A stretch of 64,000 nucleotides of DNA, taken from Candidatus Cloacimonadales bacterium. Lineage in GTDB: Bacteria > Cloacimonadota > Cloacimonadia > Cloacimonadales > JAFGVF01. The notes under the pieces were generated by a model. It was not told the DNA's origin and searched no databases. It saw only the letters and a program-made list of their open reading frames with translations. Positions 1 through 9,161 of this stretch are shown piece after piece. The first letter of the stretch is position 1, and the number at the start of each line of letters is the position of its first letter. The stretch spans positions 2,272,001-2,336,000 of the forward strand of contig OY762964.1 in assembly GCA_963667035.1 (NCBI GenBank). The letters run 5' to 3'. The position numbers and the translations under genes are program-made.

Positions 1-83
1 CAATAACGACCATCGAACAAGCAGTAGAAAATGAGATTCTTCCTATTGTGAGTAATTATGAAGTGCTTGTGCATGAGATATAA
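1..83 (+). CDS. 3' end of a hypothetical protein, paralog of 55411..55851 (runs off the window edge)
   Basis: Frame from nt 3 reads ITTIEQAVENEILPIVSNYEVLVHEI*, which aligns with the C-terminus VRSIKEAIDNQLLPVVSRYQELNVIIK* of 55411..55851; not in the ORF track. Confidence 0.75.
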   Translation, partial: ITTIEQAVENEILPIVSNYEVLVHEI

Positions 84-130
84 CAAAGAAAAGGGGAAGT
101 AAACTCCCCCCCTATGATTGTTTTTGAATG

Positions 131-340
131 TTAGAATGGTATTGGATAGCCCAAATGGGTCTTAATCAGTTGATAGACTTCCATGTGGGTTGAGTGATGA
201 ATCCAGTTCTTGTCACAAGCTTTTATCAAAAAAGCTTTTACATCTGATACATGTCCAGGATATAGTCCTGCCACATAATTGTGTTCATGTTGTTGAGAAC
301 AATTGAAATACTTATCATCTCTTGCTTTGTCGCGAGCCAT
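131..340 (-). CDS. Small hypothetical protein (69 aa)
   Basis: ORF with strong GGAGGAG RBS upstream; co-oriented 24 nt downstream of the HNH gene. Confidence 0.75.
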   Translation of the reverse strand: MARDKARDDKYFNCSQQHEHNYVAGLYPGHVSDVKAFLIKACDKNWIHHSTHMEVYQLIKTHLGYPIPF

Positions 341-364
341 TTTCTCCTCCTTTCTTTATTGTAT

Positions 365-655
365 TTACCAATTATTATCGGTTGAATCCCCTTTTTTTCG
401 ATTGTTTTCCCATTGGAGAGGTTGCAAATTACTCATGCTATCAGTCCCACCTTTTGATAATGGCTTAATATGGTCAATTTCCCAACCATACTCTGATGAA
501 GTGTCACCATAATCGCTGAATTTCATCCAATTACCTCTTATATCATAACGATATATGTTAGCATCATACTTGGAGTCAATTCTACCCTTTCTCCACACTT
601 TCTGAATAGTTTCATCAGAAAAACTTCCACCACTTCTTGTTTTTGATCTAGACAT
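365..655 (-). CDS. Stand-alone HNH endonuclease
   Basis: GWEIDHIKPLSKGGTDSMSNLQPLQWENNRKK HNH motif. Confidence 0.9.
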   Translation of the reverse strand: MSRSKTRSGGSFSDETIQKVWRKGRIDSKYDANIYRYDIRGNWMKFSDYGDTSSEYGWEIDHIKPLSKGGTDSMSNLQPLQWENNRKKGDSTDNNW

Positions 656-752
656 AAATCCCTACTATATAGTAAAATAGAGTTATCTTTACTTTTTTGT
701 CTATAATAATTTTAATTATATTTCATAATGTTTGTTAAAGGGAATTAATAAT

Positions 753-774
753 AGGGAGAACAATTGTTCTCCCT
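753..774 (-). terminator. Perfect 22-bp palindrome, probable terminator of 779..1357
   Basis: AGGGAGAACAATTGTTCTCCCT immediately after the stop codon, followed by an AT-rich tract. Confidence 0.55.
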
Positions 775-778
775 TTCC

Positions 779-1357
779 TCATTTAATTCTAAGTATCAAA
801 TCTATATCACGGGCTTTATCTGGTTCATACTTCAGGACGGTACCGAAAGTAACTGTTTTCATAATGTAATCATAGAATTGAGGTGATTTAATTTTGATAT
901 TAGCTAGATCATACTTAATTGCTTGTCTTACTGATCTATTAGCAGAAACAATCAGATCATCAACTTTAAGCGGATCCATCGAGAGTATTTCTTTTTCGAT
1001 TTTCTTTTTTCGTTCTTGATAATAAGCTATTTGAACCGGATCATGTTTTTCAATTGCTTCCTCAAGTAGTTGCTTTACTCTTCTGTATACATGAATGATA
1101 TCATAATCTCTGTATGATTCGAACATTAATAAATTGGTTGAACCGGAATAGAGTAAGTCTTGCTCTTCTTCCCTTGAAACTTTTACATCAATATAACTTA
1201 GCTTATATGTATAATATAAAGTTGTCGCCGGCACTTCTCTATCGGGATGGTAAAATAATTCTTCCAAATAGATGATACCCATGTTTCTATTGATGACTTC
1301 TGTTTCGTGTATTGTGACTTCAATACACTCATCATGTATAATCATTTTGATAAACAT
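779..1357 (-). CDS. Hypothetical protein resembling the C-terminal domain of large AAA/TPR transcriptional regulators
   Basis: GIIYLEELFYHPDREV...RSVRQAIKYDL...TVTFGTVLKYEP pattern; start uncertain (TTG 1369 or ATG 1357). Confidence 0.6.
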   Translation of the reverse strand: MFIKMIIHDECIEVTIHETEVINRNMGIIYLEELFYHPDREVPATTLYYTYKLSYIDVKVSREEEQDLLYSGSTNLLMFESYRDYDIIHVYRRVKQLLEEAIEKHDPVQIAYYQERKKKIEKEILSMDPLKVDDLIVSANRSVRQAIKYDLANIKIKSPQFYDYIMKTVTFGTVLKYEPDKARDIDLILRIK

Positions 1358-1394
1358 AATATTCTCCAAGACTTGTTAAAGGATTTTCTGTCTT

Positions 1395-1519
1395 GGTAAA
1401 CGGTTAAGCAATCGTTTGCCTAAAAAGATTGCGAATGTAAACACTTTCCCCGAGCCGGGGAGACCTAAATGGTAAAGATGTCCCGAGAGGCGGGACGAAA
1501 GGCCTGAGCAATGTTACAT
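1395..1519. ncRNA. Candidate structured RNA, family unassigned
   Basis: GC-rich patch in AT-rich DNA; hairpins 1395-1420, 1447-1461, 1480-1496 and an enclosing ATGTAA(A)CA/TGTTACAT stem. Confidence 0.45.
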
Positions 1520-1843
1520 ATAACCTCCTAAGATATGAAATAATGTTATGCAAAGTATATTCCATTAAAATATTAATTAATTGAACATCATCGAGTTATA
1601 AGGGAGATACATGCTTATAATGCAGAAATACACTCTAGTGATTATTTTATTGCTAAAGTGTTATTTGTTAATGTGATATGGTAACTATGTTTACAAATGT
1701 CTAATTGCTGTTAATATTGTTTACTTAAATCCGATTGAATTACTAATAAAATATCTTAAATAGTAATTACTCAAAAATTAATATTGACATAACAAAATGA
1801 ATGATTATAAATTGGTTATTACTTGAGAGGAGGGAAGAAAGCT

Positions 1844-2548
1844 ATGAAGAAGATTATCTTATTAGGGTTAATCACAATTATTGTTTTCGGTTTATTCGCA
1901 AAAGATGAAAGCAATAATACTACAACAAAGATACCTTTTCATCCTGCTGACCAATCACTATTCTTAATGCCGACTGCTTACACTATGCCTAAAGGGATGG
2001 CAGCGATTACAGATATCGAATTGGTTCTTATACAGTATAGTGCCGCACCAACAGAAGACTTCCATATCAGTTTCGGCATGGGATTCCCAATAGTCTCCGA
2101 GATGGTTAATTTGTTTACCGTAGGAGTAAAATACAAATATGTAAATGAAAAAGCCATGAATGTTGCCGCTTGGGTATCTTATACACCGGATAGTCAAGTC
2201 CTCTCGTGTGGAAATGTATTTTCATTTTCAAAGGATAACACTTCTTTCCACGTAAGTCCCGGATATATTACTTCCTATAAAGATGATGTAGAAGTATTAT
2301 TAATGATGGGTGGAATGGAGGTCTCAGCTACTCCCAGGACATCTTTTATTATTGAAAGTGTAAGTGGGTTCGATTTAACAGATGATGATAATGATGATGA
2401 TAATGATGACGAAACTATACTTACATTGGGATTCAGATTGAAGGGAGATAGAATTAGTTGGGATTTAGGAGGGAGCAGGCTTCTTAACTCTATGAGAGAT
2501 TCAGATGTCTTTCTAATCCCCTTCCTTAAAGCAACCTTTATGTTTTAA
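1844..2548 (+). CDS. Exported hypothetical protein, probable outer-membrane beta-barrel
   Basis: Signal peptide, amphipathic beta strands, terminal Phe, acidic DDDNDDDNDD loop; RBS GAGGAGG favours ATG 1844. Confidence 0.6.
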   Translation: MKKIILLGLITIIVFGLFAKDESNNTTTKIPFHPADQSLFLMPTAYTMPKGMAAITDIELVLIQYSAAPTEDFHISFGMGFPIVSEMVNLFTVGVKYKYVNEKAMNVAAWVSYTPDSQVLSCGNVFSFSKDNTSFHVSPGYITSYKDDVEVLLMMGGMEVSATPRTSFIIESVSGFDLTDDDNDDDNDDETILTLGFRLKGDRISWDLGGSRLLNSMRDSDVFLIPFLKATFMF

Positions 2549-2674
2549 ATTAAAACGTCTAATTAACAATAACTGCTAGCTATTCTTAAAAGCTGAGGAT
2601 TCGGGCAAGTTGATTTACAACTTGACAACGAGTCCTTTTTTTTGATTTTGAATGCTTACTCCATGGAGGAAAGA

Positions 2675-3379
2675 ATGATAGCAGAAAACTTGGAATTAGT
2701 AAAAGAAAACATAAAGAATGCCTGTGAGAAATCGGGACGAGACATTAATGAAGTAAAATTGATAGCTGTTACTAAAACGCATCCGGCGGAGACAATCGAA
2801 GAGATTATTGCTCTTGGCGTTAAAGTAATCGGTGAAAATAAAATACAGGAAGCGGAGCAGAAACTTCCCGTGTTATCTGAAAGACCGGAGTTTCACTTTA
2901 TCGGTCATTTGCAATCCAATAAGATAAAGAAACTGATTCCATTGAAACCCGCCCTTATCCACTCTCTCGATAAGTATTCAACTGCTGAAAAGCTCAGTGA
3001 TTACTTACATAAAAATGAATTGGAACAGGATGTGTTGATACAAATTAACACAACCGACGAAGGACAGAAATCGGGAATTGACGAAGAAAAAGCAATTGAA
3101 CTGATAAAAGATATTGCTAAACTTCCGTACATTCATATAAAAGGTTTGATGACTATAGGAATGCTAAGTGAGAATCCTGAAAGTAACAGAAAATACTTTA
3201 AAGCTTTAAAGCAATTGAGAGATCGCATTGAAGCTATGGCAATACCCAATGTGGATATGCAATATCTGTCCATGGGAATGTCGGATGATTACATGATTGC
3301 AATCGAAGAAGGGGCAAACTTAATAAGGGTAGGTAGTGCCATATTTGGCAAACGAAATTATGCTAAGGAGCAATCATGA
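2675..3379 (+). CDS. yggS: Pyridoxal-phosphate homeostasis protein (YggS/PLPBP)
   Basis: LIAVTKT, GENKIQE, HFIGHLQSNK, LSMGMSDD, IRVGSAIFG motifs; GGAGG RBS before ATG 2675. Confidence 0.95.
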   Translation: MIAENLELVKENIKNACEKSGRDINEVKLIAVTKTHPAETIEEIIALGVKVIGENKIQEAEQKLPVLSERPEFHFIGHLQSNKIKKLIPLKPALIHSLDKYSTAEKLSDYLHKNELEQDVLIQINTTDEGQKSGIDEEKAIELIKDIAKLPYIHIKGLMTIGMLSENPESNRKYFKALKQLRDRIEAMAIPNVDMQYLSMGMSDDYMIAIEEGANLIRVGSAIFGKRNYAKEQS

Positions 3380-4002
3380 GCTTTTTGATACCTATCGGAG
3401 CCCTAATAATCTCATACTTTTTCGGTTGTTTCTCAACAGCCAGACTCATAGCTAAATCAGTTAAACATCTTAATATATATAAAATCGGAACCGGTCATCC
3501 GGATACGGAAAACATATTCAGTAATGTAAGCAAAGCTCTCGGAGTTGTGAGTGCTGCAGTAGACATTAGTAAAGCATACCTCTTTCTATCTCTATTGAAA
3601 TGGTTGCTCTCAGGTTTTGCTCTCGGTGCACCTTTTGCTTCAGAGAACTGGTTAATGCTATACGGTCTGTTCATGCTGATTGGACACGGGTTGCCTGTCA
3701 CTCATAAGTTTATTGGCGGAAGAGGTATCTTGACTTACATTGGTTTTATCGGATACTTTGCCTTTTTACCTACTGTGATTGCTACGGGTTTAGCCTTAAT
3801 CTTCATCTTATTCTTTAAACAGATGAGATTCGGACAATACAGTATAGTAATATTACCGGTTGTGTTTGCTCAAGTATTGAATGTGGCAATCCCGGGATTT
3901 ATAGGTTCTTACAGTTCCGGTGATATTCTCAAACTGGGTGGTATTGCCGCATTAATGGGAATAATAAATTTGTTTGTTTCTAAACGATTAGGAGAAATAT
4001 AA
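3376..4002 (+). CDS. plsY: PlsY-family acyltransferase with divergent motif 1
   Basis: Membrane protein with SYFFG, DISKA, GHGLP...GGRGILT; motif 1 reads GTGHPDTEN instead of GSGNxGxTN. Confidence 0.75.
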   Translation: MSFLIPIGALIISYFFGCFSTARLIAKSVKHLNIYKIGTGHPDTENIFSNVSKALGVVSAAVDISKAYLFLSLLKWLLSGFALGAPFASENWLMLYGLFMLIGHGLPVTHKFIGGRGILTYIGFIGYFAFLPTVIATGLALIFILFFKQMRFGQYSIVILPVVFAQVLNVAIPGFIGSYSSGDILKLGGIAALMGIINLFVSKRLGEI

Positions 4003-5123
4003 TGCAAATCATCAAAGTGAGTAATAAAAAAGAATTGAAGCAATTCGTAATGTTTCCTTTTGAATTGTACAAGGATGATCCCAATTGGATTCCACCTCTA
4101 ATCAGTGAAGAGATGAAGTTTTTTGACAGGAGTAAAAATCCTCACTTTGAGCATTCTGTTGCAGATTATTTTCTTGCTATTGATAATGGTAAAGTTGTGG
4201 GAAGAGTAACTGCTCACACAAACGAATTACATAATAAATACTATAATGATAAGACGGGATTCTTCGGTTTCTTCGAGTGTATCGAAGATAAAGCCGTTGC
4301 CAAAGCTTTGATTGATACGGCAATAAAGTGGAATAAAGAACTCGGAAAAAATAAGCTCTCGGGTCCTTTTAACTTCACTATAAACGACATGTGCGGTCTT
4401 CTTGTGGACGGATTTGACACCCCGCCTTTTATTATGCTGACATATAATAAATCATACTATGAAAACTACCTTAAAGAGATGGGATTTACCAAAGCTATGG
4501 GAATGTACTCTTACCATACCGTAGCACAGGAAATACCACCGAAACTGGCAAGAGTATCTAAAATCATTCAGAAGAAACTGGATAAAGAGAATGTTACTTT
4601 CCATACATTAAGAAAAAGCAAAGCGGATAGAGAAGAAGATATTGATATTATCTTTACCCTATACAGAGAAGCTTGGAAAGATAACTGGGGTTATGTACCT
4701 ATGAGTAAGAAGGAGTTTGACCGTTTGAAAGACGAGTTGATTCCTATTGTTAATCCTAATTTCATTATGATTGCCAGAAAAGATGGAAAACCTATTGGTT
4801 TCTCAGTTGGGATCCCTAACTATAATCATGTATTTAAAGCCATGAATGGAAAATTGAATCCCATTACAATCGTTAAAGCTTTGAAAGCAAAGAGCAAAAT
4901 TCGTTCTGTTCGAGTAATGATGATGGGCATACTGGAAGAGTATCGTAATCTTGGCATAGACGCAATGTTCCATTATAAGTTCTATGAGTATGGACTACCT
5001 TTAGGATGGTGTGATGCTGAGTTTTCCTGGGTACTTGAAAACAATGTAATGATGAACAGACTAGCTCAGAGTCTTGGTGCCGAAGCATATAAAACATATC
5101 AAATTCTGGAGATGAATATCTGA
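4002..5123 (+). CDS. Tandem-GNAT N-acyltransferase, YghO / bacterial ceramide synthase-like
   Basis: FPFELYKDDPNWIPPL, GFFGFFECIED, GLLVDGFDTPP, AWKDNWGYVP, EFSWVLENN motifs. Confidence 0.8.
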   Translation: MQIIKVSNKKELKQFVMFPFELYKDDPNWIPPLISEEMKFFDRSKNPHFEHSVADYFLAIDNGKVVGRVTAHTNELHNKYYNDKTGFFGFFECIEDKAVAKALIDTAIKWNKELGKNKLSGPFNFTINDMCGLLVDGFDTPPFIMLTYNKSYYENYLKEMGFTKAMGMYSYHTVAQEIPPKLARVSKIIQKKLDKENVTFHTLRKSKADREEDIDIIFTLYREAWKDNWGYVPMSKKEFDRLKDELIPIVNPNFIMIARKDGKPIGFSVGIPNYNHVFKAMNGKLNPITIVKALKAKSKIRSVRVMMMGILEEYRNLGIDAMFHYKFYEYGLPLGWCDAEFSWVLENNVMMNRLAQSLGAEAYKTYQILEMNI

Positions 5124-5124
5124 T

Positions 5125-6057
5125 ATGAAACTGAAGGGTGTTAAGGAGATTGATGTAGTTACATGGGGTTATACTGCTTGGATAGCCTTTATGATAATCT
5201 GGGGGTTCAAATCGGTTGAGCGTCCCGGGCATCATCTTTTGAACTTGGGAATGATTTCAATCGGTATTGTCGTATTGATAATGCTGGATCACAAGCTTAA
5301 GAAGCCTGTGATTAATCTACTCAGAAACATATACCCGCTTCTTCTGACCGCATATTACTTTGAGATTACAATGGTGACAAATAGAGTCTTCTTTGGCGGC
5401 TATATTGATCCCGTATTCCAAAGGATAGACCAATTGCTGTTCGGTTATCAACCCAGTATTATGTGGGGTGTTGACATGGATTATCCTTGGTTACAAGAAC
5501 TTATGCATTTCGCTTATTTCTGTTATTATCCGCTAATTGTCATAACTCCTATCTACCTGTACTTCAAACAAAAGAAGAATCTGGGCGAGTTTGTGTTTAC
5601 GACAACAACCGTATTCTATTTATGCTTCTTTATTTTCTCATGGTTACCGGTGATTGGAGCAAGAGCTTTCGGGCATGACTTTATCGGCAGGTTCCCCGAG
5701 ATAGCTTCAGGAGCGTTGTTAAATCCTCAAGGAATCGATACTGCCGAGTTAACAACAATGTATAGATACGGACCTTTCACTAGAATAATGGCTTTTATTT
5801 ATATCCAAAGTCCTCATGCGGGCGGTGCCTTCCCAAGTTCACACGTTGCAGTTGCAGTTTCCATAGCAATTTCAATACACAGATATATGCCTAAAATGAG
5901 CTTTATTGTAATCCCTATTGTTATTCTACTGTGTTTATCAACAGTTTACTGCCACTATCACTATCTTATTGACGTAATTGGCGGTTTATTATTAGCTTCC
6001 ATTGGATATTACTTGGCTTTGAAGTTTTATTCGAAGAAAAGAACGAACCTTGCATAA
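5125..6057 (+). CDS. PAP2-superfamily membrane phosphotransferase (Aur1/IPC-synthase-like)
   Basis: Multi-TM protein with AFPSSH and HYHYLID catalytic motifs. Confidence 0.8.
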   Translation: MKLKGVKEIDVVTWGYTAWIAFMIIWGFKSVERPGHHLLNLGMISIGIVVLIMLDHKLKKPVINLLRNIYPLLLTAYYFEITMVTNRVFFGGYIDPVFQRIDQLLFGYQPSIMWGVDMDYPWLQELMHFAYFCYYPLIVITPIYLYFKQKKNLGEFVFTTTTVFYLCFFIFSWLPVIGARAFGHDFIGRFPEIASGALLNPQGIDTAELTTMYRYGPFTRIMAFIYIQSPHAGGAFPSSHVAVAVSIAISIHRYMPKMSFIVIPIVILLCLSTVYCHYHYLIDVIGGLLLASIGYYLALKFYSKKRTNLA

Positions 6058-6086
6058 ACAAGGTAAAACCATTTAAGGAAACAGTT

Positions 6087-7157
6087 ATGAAAAAAATGTA
6101 TTTAGCGTTGGCTTTGTTAGCGATTGTCAGTTTGAGTTTATTAGCCCAGCCTTCTTTTGCCTATCATTATAGTCCAAGCCAACTCCCGATTAAGGAATAT
6201 GATTATCACACACCCTATGCTCACGTTTCTCCTGTAGCAATGTCCTTGGGTGGAGTCAACATCACTAACGGATGTGACATCTTTGGCGGTTATGATAATC
6301 CTGCTCTCCTTTATAAAAATCAGAAGATGTATTTTGCAGTTTCTGCCAGACAGAGTTCAGAGAAAACTATGAACTTCAAGGATATGCTTGAGTATAGTAA
6401 TCTTTTAAAAGATACCAGACTCAGCTATGTGGGTATTTCTGCCAAGACCTTCGCTTTCAGTTATCAGATATTGGCTGAATCAAATTTTTATTATAGAAGT
6501 AGTTTAGAGGAAAAGCAGGAATATTATGACTACAAACTTGATGCCTTCCAGACTTCATTTGCTCTGCTAGATAAGAAAGTACCAAACGGTTCTTTAGGTT
6601 TTGGAGTGAAATATCTCTTTGGAAGACTTATCCATAAAGTAACTTATGCAGAGCCGGATGTAGAGCATAGAAACACTTTCCTTGATGAAAAGGCTAAAGG
6701 TTTTTCTTTCGACGTTGGCGGTCTATACAAGATGGGAAGAATGACTTTTGCTGCAAGTTTACTTGATGTTTATTCTCAGTTGTATTGGGAGCATTACGAT
6801 ACCGAGAGACTTACCCGTAACTGGGCACTCGGGACTCAGTATGACTTAGAGAATGTTCAGTTTATGTATACTCTTAAGGGAAAGCTTGAAGATGATACCA
6901 AAGTTACAAACCATATGGGATTGAACTTTACTCCTTACACTTCGGCTGCCGAGAACAATCCTGAATCTATGGGACTAAGAGTCGGTACATTCTGGGAATA
7001 TGTTGTTCAAGAAGACGGCAGTGAAGAGAAAGTTGTTAACTATACCATGGGAGCCGGTTATAACATGAGCGGAATCAAACTTGACTTTGGACTTGTAAGC
7101 CCTGATTTCGATTGGGAAAGTAACGATTATCTTATATCAGTAACATTTGCATTTTAA
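6087..7157 (+). CDS. Outer-membrane beta-barrel protein (FadL/PorV-like)
   Basis: Signal peptide, AMSLGG...DNPALL plug motif, terminal Phe. Confidence 0.6.
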   Translation: MKKMYLALALLAIVSLSLLAQPSFAYHYSPSQLPIKEYDYHTPYAHVSPVAMSLGGVNITNGCDIFGGYDNPALLYKNQKMYFAVSARQSSEKTMNFKDMLEYSNLLKDTRLSYVGISAKTFAFSYQILAESNFYYRSSLEEKQEYYDYKLDAFQTSFALLDKKVPNGSLGFGVKYLFGRLIHKVTYAEPDVEHRNTFLDEKAKGFSFDVGGLYKMGRMTFAASLLDVYSQLYWEHYDTERLTRNWALGTQYDLENVQFMYTLKGKLEDDTKVTNHMGLNFTPYTSAAENNPESMGLRVGTFWEYVVQEDGSEEKVVNYTMGAGYNMSGIKLDFGLVSPDFDWESNDYLISVTFAF

Positions 7158-7160
7158 AGA

Positions 7161-9086
7161 ATGTTTTCATTTTTAAATACAGGTATTCTAATTTTTATGG
7201 CGGCAGGGGTATTACCCCTGCTCATCTATTTATTCGCTAAAAAGAAACCTAAACGAGTAATATTCAGCTCCATCAAATTCATTCAACAAAGTAGTGACAG
7301 TCAAAGAAAAAAGCTGAACTTAAAGAATATATTGCTGTTAATTATAAGAATGCTTATTATTCTTCTTACTATCTTAGCAATATCGAGACCTTTTCTGAAG
7401 ATTAGCGGACTTTCTAATTCTACTAAACACCCTGCTACCGCCATATCAATTATTGTTGATACATCTTGGAGTATGCAGTATTTATCGGATCAAACCTCAT
7501 CTTTAAGCAAGGCTGTGGAGATTATTAATGAGATAAGCTCGATGTTGAATAACAAGGATATTGTCTCAATCGTGACGCTTTCCAGAGAATGGAACGATTT
7601 GAACGCAATAAATAGAAGTACTATCCCTGAAAATCTCCTTAGCAACATTAATGTGTCGGCTAATCCAATCTCCATGAAAGAAGCTTTTACCATTTCAGAG
7701 CAGTTGCTGAAAGAGGCACAGCTTTCCAATCGCGAGATATACCTGTTAACCGATATGCAGAATCAAGAGCTCCCGGAGACTACTGATTATCCTGTACAAG
7801 TCATATCTTTAGCTCCGCAATCATGGTTGAATATCAGTTGTGTGTCCGCAAGCATTGATGCCAAGATTATCAATCGTGAGTTTGAAAGAGCTATTGACTT
7901 CAAGGTGAAGAACCACTCGGAAATTGAGAGAAAAGATGTACTCTGTCGATTAGTATTAAATGATAAACTCACTGCTGAAAAGTTCATTGATTTGAAACCC
8001 TATGAGAGTAAGTCCGATTTCTTTAGAATTGAGTTGGGACAAAGCGGTTGGTATAACGGATATGTAGAGATTCAGGATGAACTACTGACAATTGATAACA
8101 GGAAATACTTTAGTTTCCCTTATAACAGTAGACCTAAAGTTGCTATTCTGACAAGTCAGTACGATGTACCTATAGTTTTAAAGTCAGTGCTGGAGATATA
8201 TACAGCGAGTAGTGAATCGGTTAAATTGCTAAGTCCGCATAATCTCAACATGGATGTACTTTCTCAATATGATTTTCTGGTTGTATATGAACCGGGAGAG
8301 ATAGACAGAAGAGTGGAAACACTCATAAGGAAGTACAATCAGGAAGGAAAAGGGATCTTATTCTGTTCAGGGAATGAGATGACCACTCAGGTTAAGGAGT
8401 TCTATCAGAGCTATTTAGGTTTAAAGATATTGGAGCTTGAACCGGATGAGAAAGAGATAAGCTATATTAACACGCATCATCCCATACTGGCATTATCAAC
8501 AGAAAGAGCACTAAAGGAAGTCAAAGTAAGAGATTTCTGGAGAACTGATAACACAGCTTCAAATGCTTCCGTAATATCGGTTGATAACAATACGTTATTT
8601 ATTAATCCGACTCCTAACTGGGTGCTAACTGCTGACCTTTCAAGTTTAAGAAACAAGCTGTTTCTTGATAGTAACTGGCCGGTTATTATGTATAAACTGT
8701 TTACGGATTTATCGAGTAAAGATATAAAAAACTATAATTTGGAACTTGGCTCCTCCTTCTATGCAGAGAAGATTACTCTACCGGATAATAATCAGGTTAC
8801 ACCTTCCGGCAGAGACTTTACTCCTTCATCACCGGGTATCTATAAAGTATCAAATAAAGGCACTAAGAGTATCTATGCGGTTAACATAGATAACAACGAA
8901 AGTGGCTATGAAAAGGGTGATTATTCACAACTGAAAGGAAGTGAAGTTATAGATAAAAACTGGCAAAAAAGTATCTTCCGTTCCAGATATGGATATGAAC
9001 TCTGGAAAATATTACTTGTCATAGTTTTAATTCTATTCATAATTGAAATGCTTCTGGTGAAAACGGAAGAGCGTAAAATTAGTTAG
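7161..9086 (+). CDS. BatA-domain / VWA membrane protein
   Basis: N-terminal double TM (PLLIYL...FSSIKF...LLLIIRML...ISRP), DTSWSM MIDAS motif, C-terminal ELWKILL TM. Confidence 0.85.
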   Translation: MFSFLNTGILIFMAAGVLPLLIYLFAKKKPKRVIFSSIKFIQQSSDSQRKKLNLKNILLLIIRMLIILLTILAISRPFLKISGLSNSTKHPATAISIIVDTSWSMQYLSDQTSSLSKAVEIINEISSMLNNKDIVSIVTLSREWNDLNAINRSTIPENLLSNINVSANPISMKEAFTISEQLLKEAQLSNREIYLLTDMQNQELPETTDYPVQVISLAPQSWLNISCVSASIDAKIINREFERAIDFKVKNHSEIERKDVLCRLVLNDKLTAEKFIDLKPYESKSDFFRIELGQSGWYNGYVEIQDELLTIDNRKYFSFPYNSRPKVAILTSQYDVPIVLKSVLEIYTASSESVKLLSPHNLNMDVLSQYDFLVVYEPGEIDRRVETLIRKYNQEGKGILFCSGNEMTTQVKEFYQSYLGLKILELEPDEKEISYINTHHPILALSTERALKEVKVRDFWRTDNTASNASVISVDNNTLFINPTPNWVLTADLSSLRNKLFLDSNWPVIMYKLFTDLSSKDIKNYNLELGSSFYAEKITLPDNNQVTPSGRDFTPSSPGIYKVSNKGTKSIYAVNIDNNESGYEKGDYSQLKGSEVIDKNWQKSIFRSRYGYELWKILLVIVLILFIIEMLLVKTEERKIS

Positions 9087-9161
9087 TATATTTTACCGAT
9101 AATCTGTTCGGTATTCCGATTAGTTTCAGGAAACAATAAATAGAAGTTTGAGGAATAAATC

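Noticed and set aside
1470..1510. Hammerhead ribozyme, Moco riboswitch or canonical c-di-GMP-I riboswitch
   Set aside because: No CUGANGA before the stem preceding GAAA, and the downstream elements of Moco and GEMM are missing; kept only as an unassigned RNA candidate
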